Source of the DNA: a virus
Lineage: Duplodnaviria > Caudoviricetes
IMG/VR virus record: IMGVR_UViG_2582581306_000002
Coordinates: 1-64,000 of that record
DNA length: 64,000 nucleotides
Strand: one strand, 5' to 3'
In this document: positions 48,072 to 57,305 of the stretch, piece by piece
Position numbering within the stretch: position 1 is the first letter of the stretch
Layout of the letters: each line of letters begins with the position of its first letter
Notes under the pieces: model-generated
Databases searched by the model: none
The model's input: only the letters and a program-made list of their open reading frames with translations
Told to the model about the DNA's origin: nothing
Translations under genes and position numbers: made by a program

Positions 48072-50045
48072 TCAGGTGATGAAGCACGCAGACACGAGAA
48101 ACCGCTTGTCCGTCCCGGCCGATGACGGAAAGTCAGTGATCTGAAGATCGGTTGTCGTCACCCCAGACCCCATTGCCTTGAAATTGAAGCGGTCCGCGCT
48201 TGGCCCGATACGAGGCACAAATTGCGTAAACCCGGCCTTCGTCAATCCGGCGAACTCGAACGATCCTGATATCTGCTGCATGTCGGGAAACCCGCTTTCC
48301 GGCATACCTTCCATGCGGACTGCCCCGGTCGCAGTGCTGTATTCAAGCTTGCCGATCCATTCAGCGGTGACAAACACCAGCCTGCCAACGCGGATTATGT
48401 ATCCTTTAGGCGTCCCCGTTGGTGTGAGCGCCAAATCCCCCAGCACCGCGCAGCTGATCGTTGGTGTCCAAAGCGTTACGGTATTCGCCCCTTCCGCCAG
48501 ATCGAGAAGCGCCACGCTTTCAGCCGCCAACGCAAGAAGAGGCACGCGCTCCGCCACCAATTCGGCCTTCGGCGCATTGATCAGCGCCGCAACGTCAACG
48601 CTTATCGTTCGCACTGCGGCCGCCCGTATCGCGGTTTCCTTGCCGTAGGCCATCAGGGCTTTGCCGCTGTCCGGATTGATGAACAGCGACGGGTAGCCCG
48701 AGCTATCTAACAGTTCAGGGACCAGCGATATCTCAGAGCCCCAATTCGTGGGAGCTGCGAGAGCAAGGGCTGCCGTGGTCCAGCGGGCGCAGATCGCGTC
48801 CGGTGTGGGTGGCGGGCTACTCAGAACACTGCGAGCCATGTAGGTCATGAAGACGTAACGCACGCCGTCAACATCGATCACGTTCAGTTCATGCGACTGA
48901 TAGCCGCCTGATGCGGGCAGGTTCGTTTCGGCCGGCACGGACCACGTCACGCCGCGGTCGGAAGTCTTCGCTGTGCGCATGCCGCTCACAGCAGCATCGA
49001 CGCGAAGCAATGTGAGCCAGTTGTTTTCGTCAATGATCGCTATCGCCTGCTCAGAGAGCCCAGGCGATGCAGAAGTGGCGATAAGGTGCGCCGTCCAGCT
49101 CGTCCCTTGCCAGTCGTCAGAGACCACGACGTAATTGTCATTGCCGGTGTATATGCTTGCGACCTGATCGCCAGACGGCAGGATCTTGATTTGCCCGTAC
49201 CAGGCTATTGCTACGCTGGGCAGTCCAGATATGGCCATGACCTGCAACGGCGTCCAATCATCCTTGCCGGTGAGCGACGTGGTCTGATACCTCGTACGAG
49301 CGCCCGTGGTAACATCGAGGGTCGAGAAGATCGCGATCAGCGAGCCATCCTTGCGCCGCCCGAGCGCTGGATAGTAGAAAATCGTCTGCCCGTCCGTCAT
49401 GCCGTCGCCCAGGATCACCTCGTTGGGGAACGTCGCGCCGCCGTTTTCGCTCCATGCGTAGACGATATCAGCGGCGATGCGGAGGAGACCAACAGTAACC
49501 GCGCCGGCCGGATTGCCATCGACCGTCACCGATGTAATCGAATTCGGATCAATGCTGCCGACCAGAGTGACCGTCGAAGCGTTGCCGCCAGCTCCACTGC
49601 GAACGACAGGCACGCCGTTGAGAGTGCCGGTCACCGTGAAGATACGGCCCGTGTCATTTCCGGCAGACGTGACTGTTACCTCAGTCGCACGCAGGACGCC
49701 CGTCACGACGCCAGCAGTCGTCTCGTTGCCGTTGATGACAAGAGACTGCACGCCGCCCGCCGCTGGCGTCTGTGAGGCGCAGATGGCCGCCGTGTCGGAT
49801 TGCCCGTGATTGCGCCCGCGATGGTACAGCACGCCGACCACATCGAAGCCAGCGGCCAGAACCGGGAAATGTGAATACAGCCCGTCATCGACCAGCGCCG
49901 CAGCGGCCGGCACTTGTGGCCATTCACGTTGCCGCTGCACGGCGACGTCTGCGGCCCGCCCTTGTTCCTGTGTGGCGAAGTAGCTTGTGGGTTTCTGAGT
50001 GTTGCTTGCGCCGTTATAGAGCCCCTGCATCACGCTGGCTCCCAT
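48072..50045 (-). CDS. Tailspike-like protein with sialidase/BNR-type propeller
   Basis: Asp-box motifs SENGGATF, SDDWQGTSW, TSDRGVTWS; SGYPS. Confidence 0.65.
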   Translation of the reverse strand: MGASVMQGLYNGASNTQKPTSYFATQEQGRAADVAVQRQREWPQVPAAAALVDDGLYSHFPVLAAGFDVVGVLYHRGRNHGQSDTAAICASQTPAAGGVQSLVINGNETTAGVVTGVLRATEVTVTSAGNDTGRIFTVTGTLNGVPVVRSGAGGNASTVTLVGSIDPNSITSVTVDGNPAGAVTVGLLRIAADIVYAWSENGGATFPNEVILGDGMTDGQTIFYYPALGRRKDGSLIAIFSTLDVTTGARTRYQTTSLTGKDDWTPLQVMAISGLPSVAIAWYGQIKILPSGDQVASIYTGNDNYVVVSDDWQGTSWTAHLIATSASPGLSEQAIAIIDENNWLTLLRVDAAVSGMRTAKTSDRGVTWSVPAETNLPASGGYQSHELNVIDVDGVRYVFMTYMARSVLSSPPPTPDAICARWTTAALALAAPTNWGSEISLVPELLDSSGYPSLFINPDSGKALMAYGKETAIRAAAVRTISVDVAALINAPKAELVAERVPLLALAAESVALLDLAEGANTVTLWTPTISCAVLGDLALTPTGTPKGYIIRVGRLVFVTAEWIGKLEYSTATGAVRMEGMPESGFPDMQQISGSFEFAGLTKAGFTQFVPRIGPSADRFNFKAMGSGVTTTDLQITDFPSSAGTDKRFLVSACFIT

Positions 50046-50344
50046 GCCAGGCGGTCGCCGGGTTGGGAGAAATAGTCGACCGTCTCCTCCCGTGGCAGGA
50101 ACATCCGGGGGCTGACACTGGAATCGGGGTCCTGCTTGATGGAGATCCAGGCATCGACACTGGATCTGACGCGGAAGATAGGCTGTCCGTGAACGTCGCC
50201 TTCCCTTGGCGCTTCGCTGGCGGTTTCGCCGGCTACCTCAAGGGTCTCCGACCACACCCGCTTTATCATCAGCGGCTGGATCGAATCCTTGTAACCGCGA
50301 GCGCCGGCAAATCCGACAACGACGTGAAGGCCAACAAGAGGCAT
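50030..50344 (-). CDS. Small virion-associated protein (paralog of 52086-52403)
   Basis: G.HV..GFAG.RG..D.IQ....KRVWSET. Confidence 0.7.
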   Translation of the reverse strand: MPLVGLHVVVGFAGARGYKDSIQPLMIKRVWSETLEVAGETASEAPREGDVHGQPIFRVRSSVDAWISIKQDPDSSVSPRMFLPREETVDYFSQPGDRLAWEPA

Positions 50345-50377
50345 GTGCTATCTCCGAAGGGACAGCACATCATGCGC
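50342..50377 (-). promoter_or_regulatory. Late-leader RNA switch, copy 5
   Basis: GCGCAUGAUGUGC; AUGUGCUGUC..UUCG..GAUAGCACAU hairpin hides SD and AUG; TAGCAA-N17-TAATGT upstream. Confidence 0.75.
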
Positions 50378-50455
50378 GGGAACAGGCGGACATTAGCGCG
50401 GTTCCGGGGATTTTGCTAGACGTCGCATCCCCGCAGATGATCTAGGGGCGCGGGG

Positions 50456-51907
50456 TTATGCTAGCGCCAAGAAAGCATTGGCGATCGGCGGCGCAAGCAC
50501 TGACGCCAGCATGTCCATGCCAGTCTGGCCGGGATGTGTTCCATCCGTTGAAGTGTAGCCAGACCCGCCGCCTGTCAGGGTATATGCACCCGTTGCACGG
50601 AAGTCATAGAAGGCTACGCGACTGGTATCGGATACAGCGGCATATCCAGCCGCAATAGCTGTCGTGCAAGCATTGGATGATGTCGTGTCCGCATATGGGC
50701 TTATCCCGACGATGCGAACCTTCGGCAAAGCGGACAGCAAATCATTGAGACGTGCTGTCACCTCGGCGGTCAACCCTGCCGCGCCCTCTCCTGCGACAAT
50801 TGAAGCCCACTGAAACATATCGTTGATGCCGAGCGCAAGAACGAGCATGTCTGGCGCCTGCGCGATGATCGATGCGATCTCGGCAGAAAAGAGGCTCGAT
50901 CCTCTGATGAAGCCTTGCCCACTCGTGCCATACTGAACGAACCTCTCTTGCAGCCCGAGCATATAGGCCGATTGGCGGGTCCAGTTTCCGAACGCGTAGG
51001 AGCCATGAAGATTTTCGATGAAGCTGTCGCCGGCCATCATCAACTTGGCTTTGTCCGTGTTTTCGGGCCAGGGCAGGACGCTGACACCGCCGCCCACATT
51101 CAAGCCTGCGAACTTTGTTCCGAACCCGAGGATCAGCTCGACGGTGCGCATTCTCTTGGTAGTGTGAAGCTTGCCGAGAGCCACCGTAAATGTCGCGCCG
51201 GTACCAGACCCCGACGTTGATCCTTGTGACATCGTCGCGGCCGAAGCGGAATAGACGCCCAGACGGCAGATCGCAACAGATGCAACAGCACTGCCGCTGA
51301 GCGATGTCACGCGGACCTGCGCAGCGGTCGTAAATGCACCCCCGGCCAGCGTGATGATCTCACCAAGGGCATAACCAGTGCCGCCGGCAAGGACCACCGC
51401 ATTCGCAAGCTCGTAGCTCAGCGTGTCCGCGCCAAATTCATAGAGAACGAAGTGCTCGGTGTCGTTGTTCATTCCTGGGCTATCGACAGAGAAGCGGCCT
51501 TTGGAGACCGGCTTGCCGTCAATCAGCACCGTGTGCTGGCTTTGCCCGAGATAGGACTTCAATTTCAGATCGAAGGTTCCGTCAACGAGCCAGCGATACC
51601 TGACGCCAGCTTTGGTGCCGGCCTTGTAGCCGCTGCTGTCAACAAATGCGCCACCGAGTTTTGTCAGGCGTGTATCGTCACGACCGACACCAACGGAGGT
51701 GTTCCCGCTGATTGTGCTGTTGCCGCCGGCAGCTCCGGACGTCACGACCGGCGGGGACGCCATCACATCGGGGAAAGCGCCGAAACCGTTCAAGCCCAGC
51801 TTCCATCGGTGGAACTTCGACAGGCCGACATATGCCGCCCGCTCGACGGAGATATCGCCGCCGCTGAGGACTGGCGCCACATCGGCAGCAGCAACGTAAT
51901 TTGGCAT
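50456..51907 (-). CDS. SGNH/GDSL hydrolase-domain tailspike-like protein
   Basis: AGDSF, LGIND, DGTHP catalytic blocks. Confidence 0.8.
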   Translation of the reverse strand: MPNYVAAADVAPVLSGGDISVERAAYVGLSKFHRWKLGLNGFGAFPDVMASPPVVTSGAAGGNSTISGNTSVGVGRDDTRLTKLGGAFVDSSGYKAGTKAGVRYRWLVDGTFDLKLKSYLGQSQHTVLIDGKPVSKGRFSVDSPGMNNDTEHFVLYEFGADTLSYELANAVVLAGGTGYALGEIITLAGGAFTTAAQVRVTSLSGSAVASVAICRLGVYSASAATMSQGSTSGSGTGATFTVALGKLHTTKRMRTVELILGFGTKFAGLNVGGGVSVLPWPENTDKAKLMMAGDSFIENLHGSYAFGNWTRQSAYMLGLQERFVQYGTSGQGFIRGSSLFSAEIASIIAQAPDMLVLALGINDMFQWASIVAGEGAAGLTAEVTARLNDLLSALPKVRIVGISPYADTTSSNACTTAIAAGYAAVSDTSRVAFYDFRATGAYTLTGGGSGYTSTDGTHPGQTGMDMLASVLAPPIANAFLALA

Positions 51908-52089
51908 TATGCAGCCCTCGCTGTGAATATCGCGCCGTTGTCACGGCTGACCAGTGGTTGATTGTTGGTTCTGCTGACGAGAGCGTTCGGGGGCACCCCC
52001 GCGCCCGCTAAACGGTTGGCATCGAGCCCGACCATGTCGATGCGCTTTGGGAGGTTGATCGCAAACGTCGCAAGCAACCCGGCCATCAC
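51907..52089 (-). CDS. Small phage protein
   Basis: Translationally coupled on both sides. Confidence 0.55.
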   Translation of the reverse strand: MMAGLLATFAINLPKRIDMVGLDANRLAGAGVPPNALVSRTNNQPLVSRDNGAIFTARAA

Positions 52090-52403
52090 GGCACCAGGAT
52101 GAACGCGACCTTATCGCCCGGCTCGCACGGCTCGTCGAGGCGTTCGCCTGCCCGGATCAGGATGCGGGGATTTGCCGCCGCATTCGGGTTGGCACCGATC
52201 GCGATGTAGGAATCGGCCTGGGCGCTGATACGCAGGATCATCTGGCCGGAGCCCTGACCGCTCTGCGGCGCGGAGCCGACCGTCGTGCCTGGTGCTGCCA
52301 CCGTTTCCGACCAGACGCGCTTTTGAAGGATGGATTGGATGGTGTCGTTGGCGCCGCGCACGCCGGCGAACCCGGCTTCGACGTGAATACCTGCAAAGGC
52401 CAT
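52086..52403 (-). CDS. Small virion-associated protein (paralog of 50030-50344)
   Basis: GIHVEAGFAGVRG..KRVWSET..PGDKVA. Confidence 0.7.
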   Translation of the reverse strand: MAFAGIHVEAGFAGVRGANDTIQSILQKRVWSETVAAPGTTVGSAPQSGQGSGQMILRISAQADSYIAIGANPNAAANPRILIRAGERLDEPCEPGDKVAFILVP

Positions 52404-52436
52404 GTGCTCTCTCCGAAAAGACAGCACATCATGCGC
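52401..52436 (-). promoter_or_regulatory. Late-leader RNA switch, copy 6
   Basis: GCGCAUGAUGUGC; AUGUGCU-G-UCUU-UUCG-GAGA-G-AGCACAU; TGGTAA-N17-TAATGT upstream. Confidence 0.75.
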
Positions 52437-52594
52437 GGGTAGAGCGCGACATTACCGCACGCTCATGGTTTTTACCAGACCGACAAACCTTGAGGCGTTA
52501 CGCGCTAGAATTCGTTGCATTAAATGCAACTATACTCTTTACGGCACTATCACAGGTGGATTATCGTGCCTCGGCACAATGGGGATTGGTTGCG

Positions 52595-52798
52595 GTGGCA
52601 TCTTACTACGAAAAGCTCGAAGGCCTGAGAGCCATGCGCCAGTCCGCGCTCCACGCGGCCAGCATCGACGAACTGCGTCAGATTGTCGTGAAGCTCATCG
52701 ATGGCGAGATCGACACCGTGAAGTCGATTGTCGGCCAGTGGTCAGACGATGACCTCCCCGAGGTGCCTACCGCTGCCTTGAGCGTTGCCGCCGGCTGA
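52595..52798 (+). CDS. Small helical protein (paralog of 35842-36027)
   Basis: GTG start; MRQSALHAASIDELRQIVVKLID. Confidence 0.55.
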   Translation: MASYYEKLEGLRAMRQSALHAASIDELRQIVVKLIDGEIDTVKSIVGQWSDDDLPEVPTAALSVAAG

Positions 52799-52943
52799 TC
52801 TCTTCACAGAGCTTCAACTCTTCCAAGTCCTTCTCCGTCGGGTGGCAACACGCGACGAAGTGCAGCAGCAAGCCACGGCTGCGATGGCATGCGCAGTGAC
52901 AGTCGCCGTATGCTGGCGGAGCTTCACGTCTATCATCATCCAT
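52767..52943 (-). CDS. Small Cys/His-rich protein
   Basis: CHCACH..HFVACCH. Confidence 0.4.
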   Translation of the reverse strand: MDDDRREAPPAYGDCHCACHRSRGLLLHFVACCHPTEKDLEELKLCEEISRRQRSRQR

Positions 52944-53003
52944 GTCGTCATCCTTCCAAACCGCCAACCTGCGCAAAACCGCAAACTGACCGAAATGCTT
53001 GCT

Positions 53004-53336
53004 TCAAGCCGCCCCGACGCGCAAGCCAGTGTTTATCTGCACCTGAATTGCGCGATCGTCCCACAGCTCGATCATGCCGAAATCCTTGATGTTGGTCACT
53101 TCGAGTATCGGAAGCCCGTTGGATGCGAGCCATGCGTGGATATGCGCGATCACTTCCGCTTTCTCCGGCTCAGCCACACTGACCCGGGCCGTGAAGATCT
53201 TCATATCACGCCCCTGCCTCTGCCATTCCCGGACGCGCTCCGTCATCAAGGGAATGGGCTCGCCTATGTGCTCGATCCCTTTCCATCCATCATATCGCGC
53301 TAATGTACCGTCTAGATCGATGCCGATCCATGCCAT
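53004..53336 (-). CDS. HAD-superfamily phosphatase-like phage protein
   Basis: WIGIDLDGTLA, IFTAR, LWDDRA. Confidence 0.8.
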   Translation of the reverse strand: MAWIGIDLDGTLARYDGWKGIEHIGEPIPLMTERVREWQRQGRDMKIFTARVSVAEPEKAEVIAHIHAWLASNGLPILEVTNIKDFGMIELWDDRAIQVQINTGLRVGAA

Positions 53337-53373
53337 CGTAGTTCCTTCCCCTTTAGGGCCTGACAAAACCCCG

Positions 53374-53598
53374 TCAGGCCTTCCGGACGTCGCGGAAGAA
53401 CGTCCGCTCCACCTCGGGTGCCAGACCCGATATGCCGGGCGTGAACTTCGCCGGGATCAAGCCGTTGGCCAAAACCTTGACCGCGTGCTTGGTGGCGATG
53501 ATCAGCCGGACCGATTGGCCCGACTTCCAGTCCACCTTGACGCAGGCGGCGTCCCCGATCTCAACCGCCTGCCCCACCTTCACTGACAGTGAAATCAT
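53374..53598 (-). CDS. CsrA/RsmA-like RNA-binding protein
   Basis: MISLSVKVGQAVEIGDAACVKVDWKSGQSVRLII fits the CsrA pattern ML.L.R.VG....IGD...V.V....G.QVR.GI; follows the scaffold gene. Confidence 0.7.
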   Translation of the reverse strand: MISLSVKVGQAVEIGDAACVKVDWKSGQSVRLIIATKHAVKVLANGLIPAKFTPGISGLAPEVERTFFRDVRKA

Positions 53599-53620
53599 CC
53601 CGTTGCGCTCCTTCGGGCGC

Positions 53621-54589
53621 TCAATTGGCAAGATATTGTTCACGTTCCGCCTCCGACATCTTTGCCAGTGCGTTTTCGTAAGCCAGGGCATCGGTGTCGG
53701 CGAGGCGATCCAGCCACGCAAACTTGCTGCCGTCGCTGTCGGCGTCGTTGATATCGGCTGCGGGGACATGCGCGAGTGACGGCACCACTTCCCGCTTCGC
53801 AGCGGGCTTGGCTGGCGTGGTCGGCTTTGGCGTCGGCGGCGTTTCCGCGCCGATGGATTTCCTGATCTGCGCGTCGATGACCTTGTGGGCCTGCTCCAGC
53901 AGACGCGGGTCAAGTGGGTTGGTGGCCGTTGCCTGGAGCTTCTTCACCTCATCATCAAGCGCCTTGTAGAGGATGGTTCCCGGCTCCGAATACTGGGTGT
54001 GTTTCGCGAAGAACGTCGGAACTGCAACGCTGCTCCAGTGCGTGACAGCCGCCTCCTGGGCGAGGACGGTCTTGAACCGCTCTTCGCGAAGATCCTCACG
54101 CTGATCGTTGAGCTTGCGGAACTGTGCCCGGTATTCTCCGCCGGTCAGATCGCCGTCGTCGAATTTCTGGGTGATCTCGTCGAGCTGCTTCTCGATCTCA
54201 TCGAGTTTGGTCGCGTTGTCAGCCGGCAACGCGCGCCAACCCGGTCCCGGTGCGATATCACTGGCATCGTCGTCGTCGGCGTCCGGCTCGGTGACGGCAG
54301 CCGCTGCCGCCTCGGCCGTGACATTTTCGGCCACGGCTGGTGTCGCTGCAGCCTCGGCACCTGAGACGGGCTCGACGACGGCGGGCGTGACTGCGGCGCC
54401 CTCAGCCGTCGTCGTCGCATCTGCTGCAGCCGCCGCTGCGGCTTCCTCGCCTTCTGCCGCAGCTGCAGCCTCCGCGCCTTCCGTGTCGTCGGCCCCTTCG
54501 TCGTCATTGTCGATATCCTCGAGGAGGCCTTCGCGCTCCTCGTCGGACAGGAGTTCTAGTTCTTCTTCACTGAATTTCGGGGCTGCCAT
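53621..54589 (-). CDS. Putative scaffolding protein
   Basis: Very acidic N-terminus, PSLAHVPAAD, position after portal. Confidence 0.7.
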   Translation of the reverse strand: MAAPKFSEEELELLSDEEREGLLEDIDNDDEGADDTEGAEAAAAAEGEEAAAAAAADATTTAEGAAVTPAVVEPVSGAEAAATPAVAENVTAEAAAAAVTEPDADDDDASDIAPGPGWRALPADNATKLDEIEKQLDEITQKFDDGDLTGGEYRAQFRKLNDQREDLREERFKTVLAQEAAVTHWSSVAVPTFFAKHTQYSEPGTILYKALDDEVKKLQATATNPLDPRLLEQAHKVIDAQIRKSIGAETPPTPKPTTPAKPAAKREVVPSLAHVPAADINDADSDGSKFAWLDRLADTDALAYENALAKMSEAEREQYLAN

Positions 54590-54610
54590 ATCAGGCGTCC
54601 TTTCTGGGGC

Positions 54611-56878
54611 TTAAGGAGTTGCCGGCGCAAGGCCGAACTGTGGGGTTTGCGGGGGTTGGGCCTGCGGGGCGGGTTGCTGTGCTGCTGCGGCCTCCTGCTG
54701 CTGTGCCAGTCCGATGGCCTGCGCCATCGTCTCTTCTCGCTCGGAGCGAGACTGGAAGCCGCTTTCATGCAGAATAACGTCAGCGACGTGGGCGGCGGCA
54801 GGGATTGCAATGGCGGACTGCGCGGCGGTGAGAGCGTTCTGCTGGCTTGTGACGTTCGTCGATGCGATCTTCGACGCCAGTTCCTCAACCTTGGCGGCGG
54901 CGAGCTTCGCCTCCTCCTGTGTCTTGGCGGCTTTTGCCGTGGCTTCGGCCAGCTGCGCCTGCATCATCTGCTGCTGCATCTGCTGCTGTATCTGCTGGTT
55001 CTGCTCCTTGCCCTGCTCTTCCGGGGTGAGCTCCTCGGCATCCGGATCGCGCATGCCGGTGACCTGCCTGATGCGCTTCACCAGTTCCTCGCGCTGCGGG
55101 ATGTCCATGCCCTCGACGATGAGATCGAGCATGACCATGGCGAGTTGCGGGGCGCCTGGTGCAAGCTTCATGAGGAGATCGAGCAATGCCTCGGTTTGTG
55201 CCTGGCGCACGCTGGCCCGCCAATCCTCCTCGGAAATGACGAAATCTGCCTTCGATCGAACGATATCGTTTTCCGGAAGGCCGTCGTTGACCTCGATATA
55301 TTCGGGCGTGCCGCGCATGTTCGTGATGCGAAACTGCTTCGGTTCCGACATGAACTGCTCGACGTTGGCGAGCTGCTTTTCGCCGCGCACCTGTGATGCG
55401 TAGCGCAGGTTGTCGAAGTAGATCGATGACGTCAACGAGCCCTGATCCTGACGGCGCTCGATCGCGATGCCGCTGCGGGCATTGGTCTGGCGCCCGAGGT
55501 TTTCGTCGGTAACGCCGGAAGCGGATTGAATGAGGCTGATCGAACGTGCCATCAGATCGAGATGGCCCTGCTCCAGGCCGCGATCCGCGTCGAGCTTCAG
55601 TTCCTTGCCGGTATTGACGACGATGACAGCATCGGAGCGCGAGTTTTCCTCGATAAACTCGTCCAGATCGTCAACGGCGCCCTTCTCCATGATGGTCTTG
55701 TTCGTGGAAAGGATGTGCAGCGCCTTTGACGCGCGCTTGTTGACGTCGATCTGGATGTCCTTCAAGCCGCGGATCATGCCGTACGGCATCCCGTCGCGGC
55801 CGCGCCGCTTGCCCCAGATCGGCGTGAAGGGAAACCGATTGTGGCGATAGGGTGACGGCGAATACCAGAGCATGCCGGCCGTCGTGAAAATGGCCACGTT
55901 CATCCGCATCGTCGGCTTGGTGACAAGTTCGGCCTTACCGCTCTCTACCTCGTCGCGGTGGCCCGGCGAGAAGGGATCGTATATCTCACCGGAGAACACC
56001 CCGCCTGTGACCTTTTCCGCCTTCGCCGGCATGCGGATCCAGCCTTCGATGACGCGGACCCGTTTGCGCTGGTAGCCGGTGATGTTGTCGGAGCGCCCGT
56101 TGGAGTTCTGCTCCAGTTCCAGTTCCTGCTGGTCAAGCACCTCGTCGCCATAGGCATCCATGCCGAGGAAATTATCGGAATCGGCGGCGGCACGCTCCAG
56201 GAGCGCCTTCCGCTTCGGGAACATGGCGCAGGCGATGTCGAGGTCGAGCCATTTATGCCGGAAGATGTAACGTCCATCGGACAGGTCCATCTCGGTGGCC
56301 GCGCTGTCCCAGAGGATGTTGCGCCAGCTTTCGTAGCGGGTGTACAGCGGCTCTTCGAGGTCGCTATCCTCGTAACCGTCTTCGACCCATCCGAGCCCTA
56401 CTTTCGTGGCATCGGTGAACGCGCGTGAAACGTCGAACGGCGTCCGGTTGACGTCGGAGAGATATTTCAGGAGCTGGGTTTTCCGCTCCGCCGGCTTGCC
56501 GTCTTCCTTGCGGCGCGGCAGGATCTTGAAATCCGCCCTGCTGCGCTTCTCGGTGCCAAGAACCCAGTCGACCGACGCGGATATGACGTTGTAGACTAGC
56601 GGTATCTGGCCGCGATCGCGCAGGATCTGCGCATCCTCTTCCGGCCACTGGTCATTGTCGTACATGTCCTCGTCATGCGCCATCTCCATGCGGTTCGGCA
56701 GCTGGCGGTCCATTTCGCGGGTGAAGAGATCGAGGAGACGATGATGGATTTCGACCATGCCGCTGCTGTCGAGCTTGTTGCCCGTGACGGCCCGCTCGGC
56801 ACGGACGTCGCCGACGGGTACCGGAGATTTCATCTCCTTCCGTCGGACCGATCCATCTGTCGCCTGAAGATCAAACAT
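54611..56878 (-). CDS. Portal protein
   Basis: RGQIPLVYNVI, PYRHNRFPFTP, SGIAIERRQDQG, Gln-rich tail. Confidence 0.88.
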   Translation of the reverse strand: MFDLQATDGSVRRKEMKSPVPVGDVRAERAVTGNKLDSSGMVEIHHRLLDLFTREMDRQLPNRMEMAHDEDMYDNDQWPEEDAQILRDRGQIPLVYNVISASVDWVLGTEKRSRADFKILPRRKEDGKPAERKTQLLKYLSDVNRTPFDVSRAFTDATKVGLGWVEDGYEDSDLEEPLYTRYESWRNILWDSAATEMDLSDGRYIFRHKWLDLDIACAMFPKRKALLERAAADSDNFLGMDAYGDEVLDQQELELEQNSNGRSDNITGYQRKRVRVIEGWIRMPAKAEKVTGGVFSGEIYDPFSPGHRDEVESGKAELVTKPTMRMNVAIFTTAGMLWYSPSPYRHNRFPFTPIWGKRRGRDGMPYGMIRGLKDIQIDVNKRASKALHILSTNKTIMEKGAVDDLDEFIEENSRSDAVIVVNTGKELKLDADRGLEQGHLDLMARSISLIQSASGVTDENLGRQTNARSGIAIERRQDQGSLTSSIYFDNLRYASQVRGEKQLANVEQFMSEPKQFRITNMRGTPEYIEVNDGLPENDIVRSKADFVISEEDWRASVRQAQTEALLDLLMKLAPGAPQLAMVMLDLIVEGMDIPQREELVKRIRQVTGMRDPDAEELTPEEQGKEQNQQIQQQMQQQMMQAQLAEATAKAAKTQEEAKLAAAKVEELASKIASTNVTSQQNALTAAQSAIAIPAAAHVADVILHESGFQSRSEREETMAQAIGLAQQQEAAAAQQPAPQAQPPQTPQFGLAPATP

Positions 56879-57305
56879 CTGCACGTATCTCCGTCTCTGT
56901 TACCCGCCCCGTCGCCAGATCGACGAGGGTGGCCTCGCCGACAACCTCTCCCTTTTCGGATTGGTACGGCTTGATGGTCAGCAGGTCGCCGAGATGATCG
57001 TGGATGATCGTGGTGATACGGATGCAGTTTTGCGGGGTGATATCGAAGCCCATGTGCTCCGCGAACGATGCGGAGGTTCGGGCTGATAGCCGGGGGTCCC
57101 CAATTCCAACTGCCTCTGACCATACCCACGCCTTGTCCACCGTGACCACGCACGGGACCAGCCTGTCAGAATATTCCCCGCCCGTTGGAATAAGCACCAG
57201 GCACGGTCTGAATTGCCCCTCGGACCGTAACCAAGTTCCGATAGCGGTAATGGGACCGTGCGTTTTTGTCCATGCCCGTTTATTAAGGTCGAGTGCCTGT
57301 GTCAT
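56871..57305 (-). CDS. Phage hypothetical protein
   Basis: Coupled between terL and portal; IHDHLGDLL. Confidence 0.7.
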   Translation of the reverse strand: MTQALDLNKRAWTKTHGPITAIGTWLRSEGQFRPCLVLIPTGGEYSDRLVPCVVTVDKAWVWSEAVGIGDPRLSARTSASFAEHMGFDITPQNCIRITTIIHDHLGDLLTIKPYQSEKGEVVGEATLVDLATGRVTETEIRADV

